From: Squalus acanthias
Taxonomy: Eukaryota
Length of the DNA stretch: 64,000 nt
Assembly: GCA_030390025.1 (NCBI GenBank)
Contig: CM059433.1
Location: forward strand, 10,914,001 to 10,978,000
Direction: 5' to 3'
The notes beneath the pieces were generated by a model, which was given only the letters and a program-made list of their open reading frames with translations, ran no database searches and was not told where the DNA came from. The translations under genes and the position numbers were made by a program. Positions 63,187 to 64,000 of this stretch are shown here, piece after piece (the stretch's first letter is position 1; each line of letters starts with the position of its first letter).

Positions 63187-63223
63187 TACAAGCTTTCGGA
63201 GCGGTTCGCTCCTTCCTCAGGTA
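63187..63223 (-). ncRNA. Minimal type-I hammerhead ribozyme motif
   Basis: TAC-CTGAGGA-A-GGAGCG aac CGCTCC-GAAA-GCTT-GTA. Confidence 0.75.
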
Positions 63224-63456
63224 GGGTAGCAGTGAGAGAATCTCCCAGAATTCACAATATACACACAGAAAAAATCTATTCAAATCTTTCCCTACATCAA
63301 AGACACACTAAGAGCACAGCCAAGACAATGAGATGTGTCCCAGGGGGTCCAACGTGTCAAAACACCTGCTGGCTGCATATCCTGTCAATTTGTGTTGGTT
63401 CTTGTGTTAGTCTTTTTACAAAAAAAACACCTGGAAAGACCGGCCATGATGTCAAG

Positions 63457-64000
63457 TCACGTTCTGTATCGTGACATGAACCCGATATCGCGATTGAGGC
63501 CATCCTCATGAGTGCGGAACTTGGCTATCAGTTTCTGCTCTATGATTTTGCGCTGTCGTGTATCCCGAAGGCCGCCTTGGAGAACGCTTACCCGCAGATC
63601 CGAGGCTGAATGCCCCTGGCTGCTGAAGTGTTCCCCGACTGGGAGGCAACCCTCCTGCCTGGCGATTGTTGCGCGGTGTCCGTTCATACGTTGTCTCAGT
63701 GTCTGCATGGTCTCGCCGATGTACCATGCTCTGGAGCATCCTTTACTGCAACGTATCAGGTAGACAACGTTGGCCGAGTCACATGAGTATGTACCGTGTA
63801 CCTGGTGGGTAGTGTCCTCACGTGTGATGATGGTATCTGTGTCCATGATTTGGCATGTCTTGCAGAGGTTGCCGTGGCAGGGTTGTGTGGTGTCGTGGTT
63901 GCTGTTCTCCTGAAAGATGGGTAATCTGCTGCGAACGATGGTACTTTTGAGGTTAGGCGGCTGCTTGAAGGCGAGTAGTGGAGGCGTGGGGATGGCCTTA
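63457..64000 (-). CDS. Penelope ORF C-terminus (cysteine linker plus GIY-YIG endonuclease), partial
   Basis: PPLLAFKQPPNLK..IVRS...PC...CKTC...NVVYLIRC...WYIGET...LRQRMNGH...E.KLI.KF.T...GLN; frame open to window end. Confidence 0.88.
   Translation of the reverse strand, partial: KAIPTPPLLAFKQPPNLKSTIVRSRLPIFQENSNHDTTQPCHGNLCKTCQIMDTDTIITREDTTHQVHGTYSCDSANVVYLIRCSKGCSRAWYIGETMQTLRQRMNGHRATIARQEGCLPVGEHFSSQGHSASDLRVSVLQGGLRDTRQRKIIEQKLIAKFRTHEDGLNRDIGFMSRYRT

Larger units (their letters stand above)
63135..64000 (-). mobile_element. Penelope-like element, second family, extends beyond the window
   Basis: GIY-YIG ORF, 3' UTR with hammerhead motif and AATAAA. Confidence 0.9.

Overview
Repeat-dense eukaryotic genomic DNA. 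The repeat content points to a cartilaginous fish (HE1-like V-SINEs, SacSINE1-like Deu-SINEs, CR1, L2, RTE and Penelope retroelements, Harbinger transposons); this is inferred from remembered family features, not a database search. I recognise no host protein-coding exon, so the window is probably intronic or intergenic. Main contents: (i) a near-full-length CR1 LINE with both ORFs intact (5578-9657, minus). Its ORF2 has no AUG before the end of the endonuclease domain and overlaps ORF1 by only 25 nt, and the overlap holds a U-UUA-AAC slippery heptamer in -1 frameshift register. (ii) Penelope-like elements with minimal type-I hammerhead ribozyme motifs (six copies, one with a compensatory base-pair change), one headed by a perfect 66-bp tandem array. 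(iii) Two decayed two-gene Harbinger transposons plus several MITE families with 3-bp TSDs. (iv) A 1.48-kb TGTA...TACA solo LTR with a 4-bp TSD. (v) About ten Deu-SINEs, many LINE 3' fragments, a 1.27-kb G-rich satellite and a 40-bp minisatellite. (vi) Repeat-free islands with clustered homeodomain motifs (candidate enhancers). Boundaries of old fragments are approximate.
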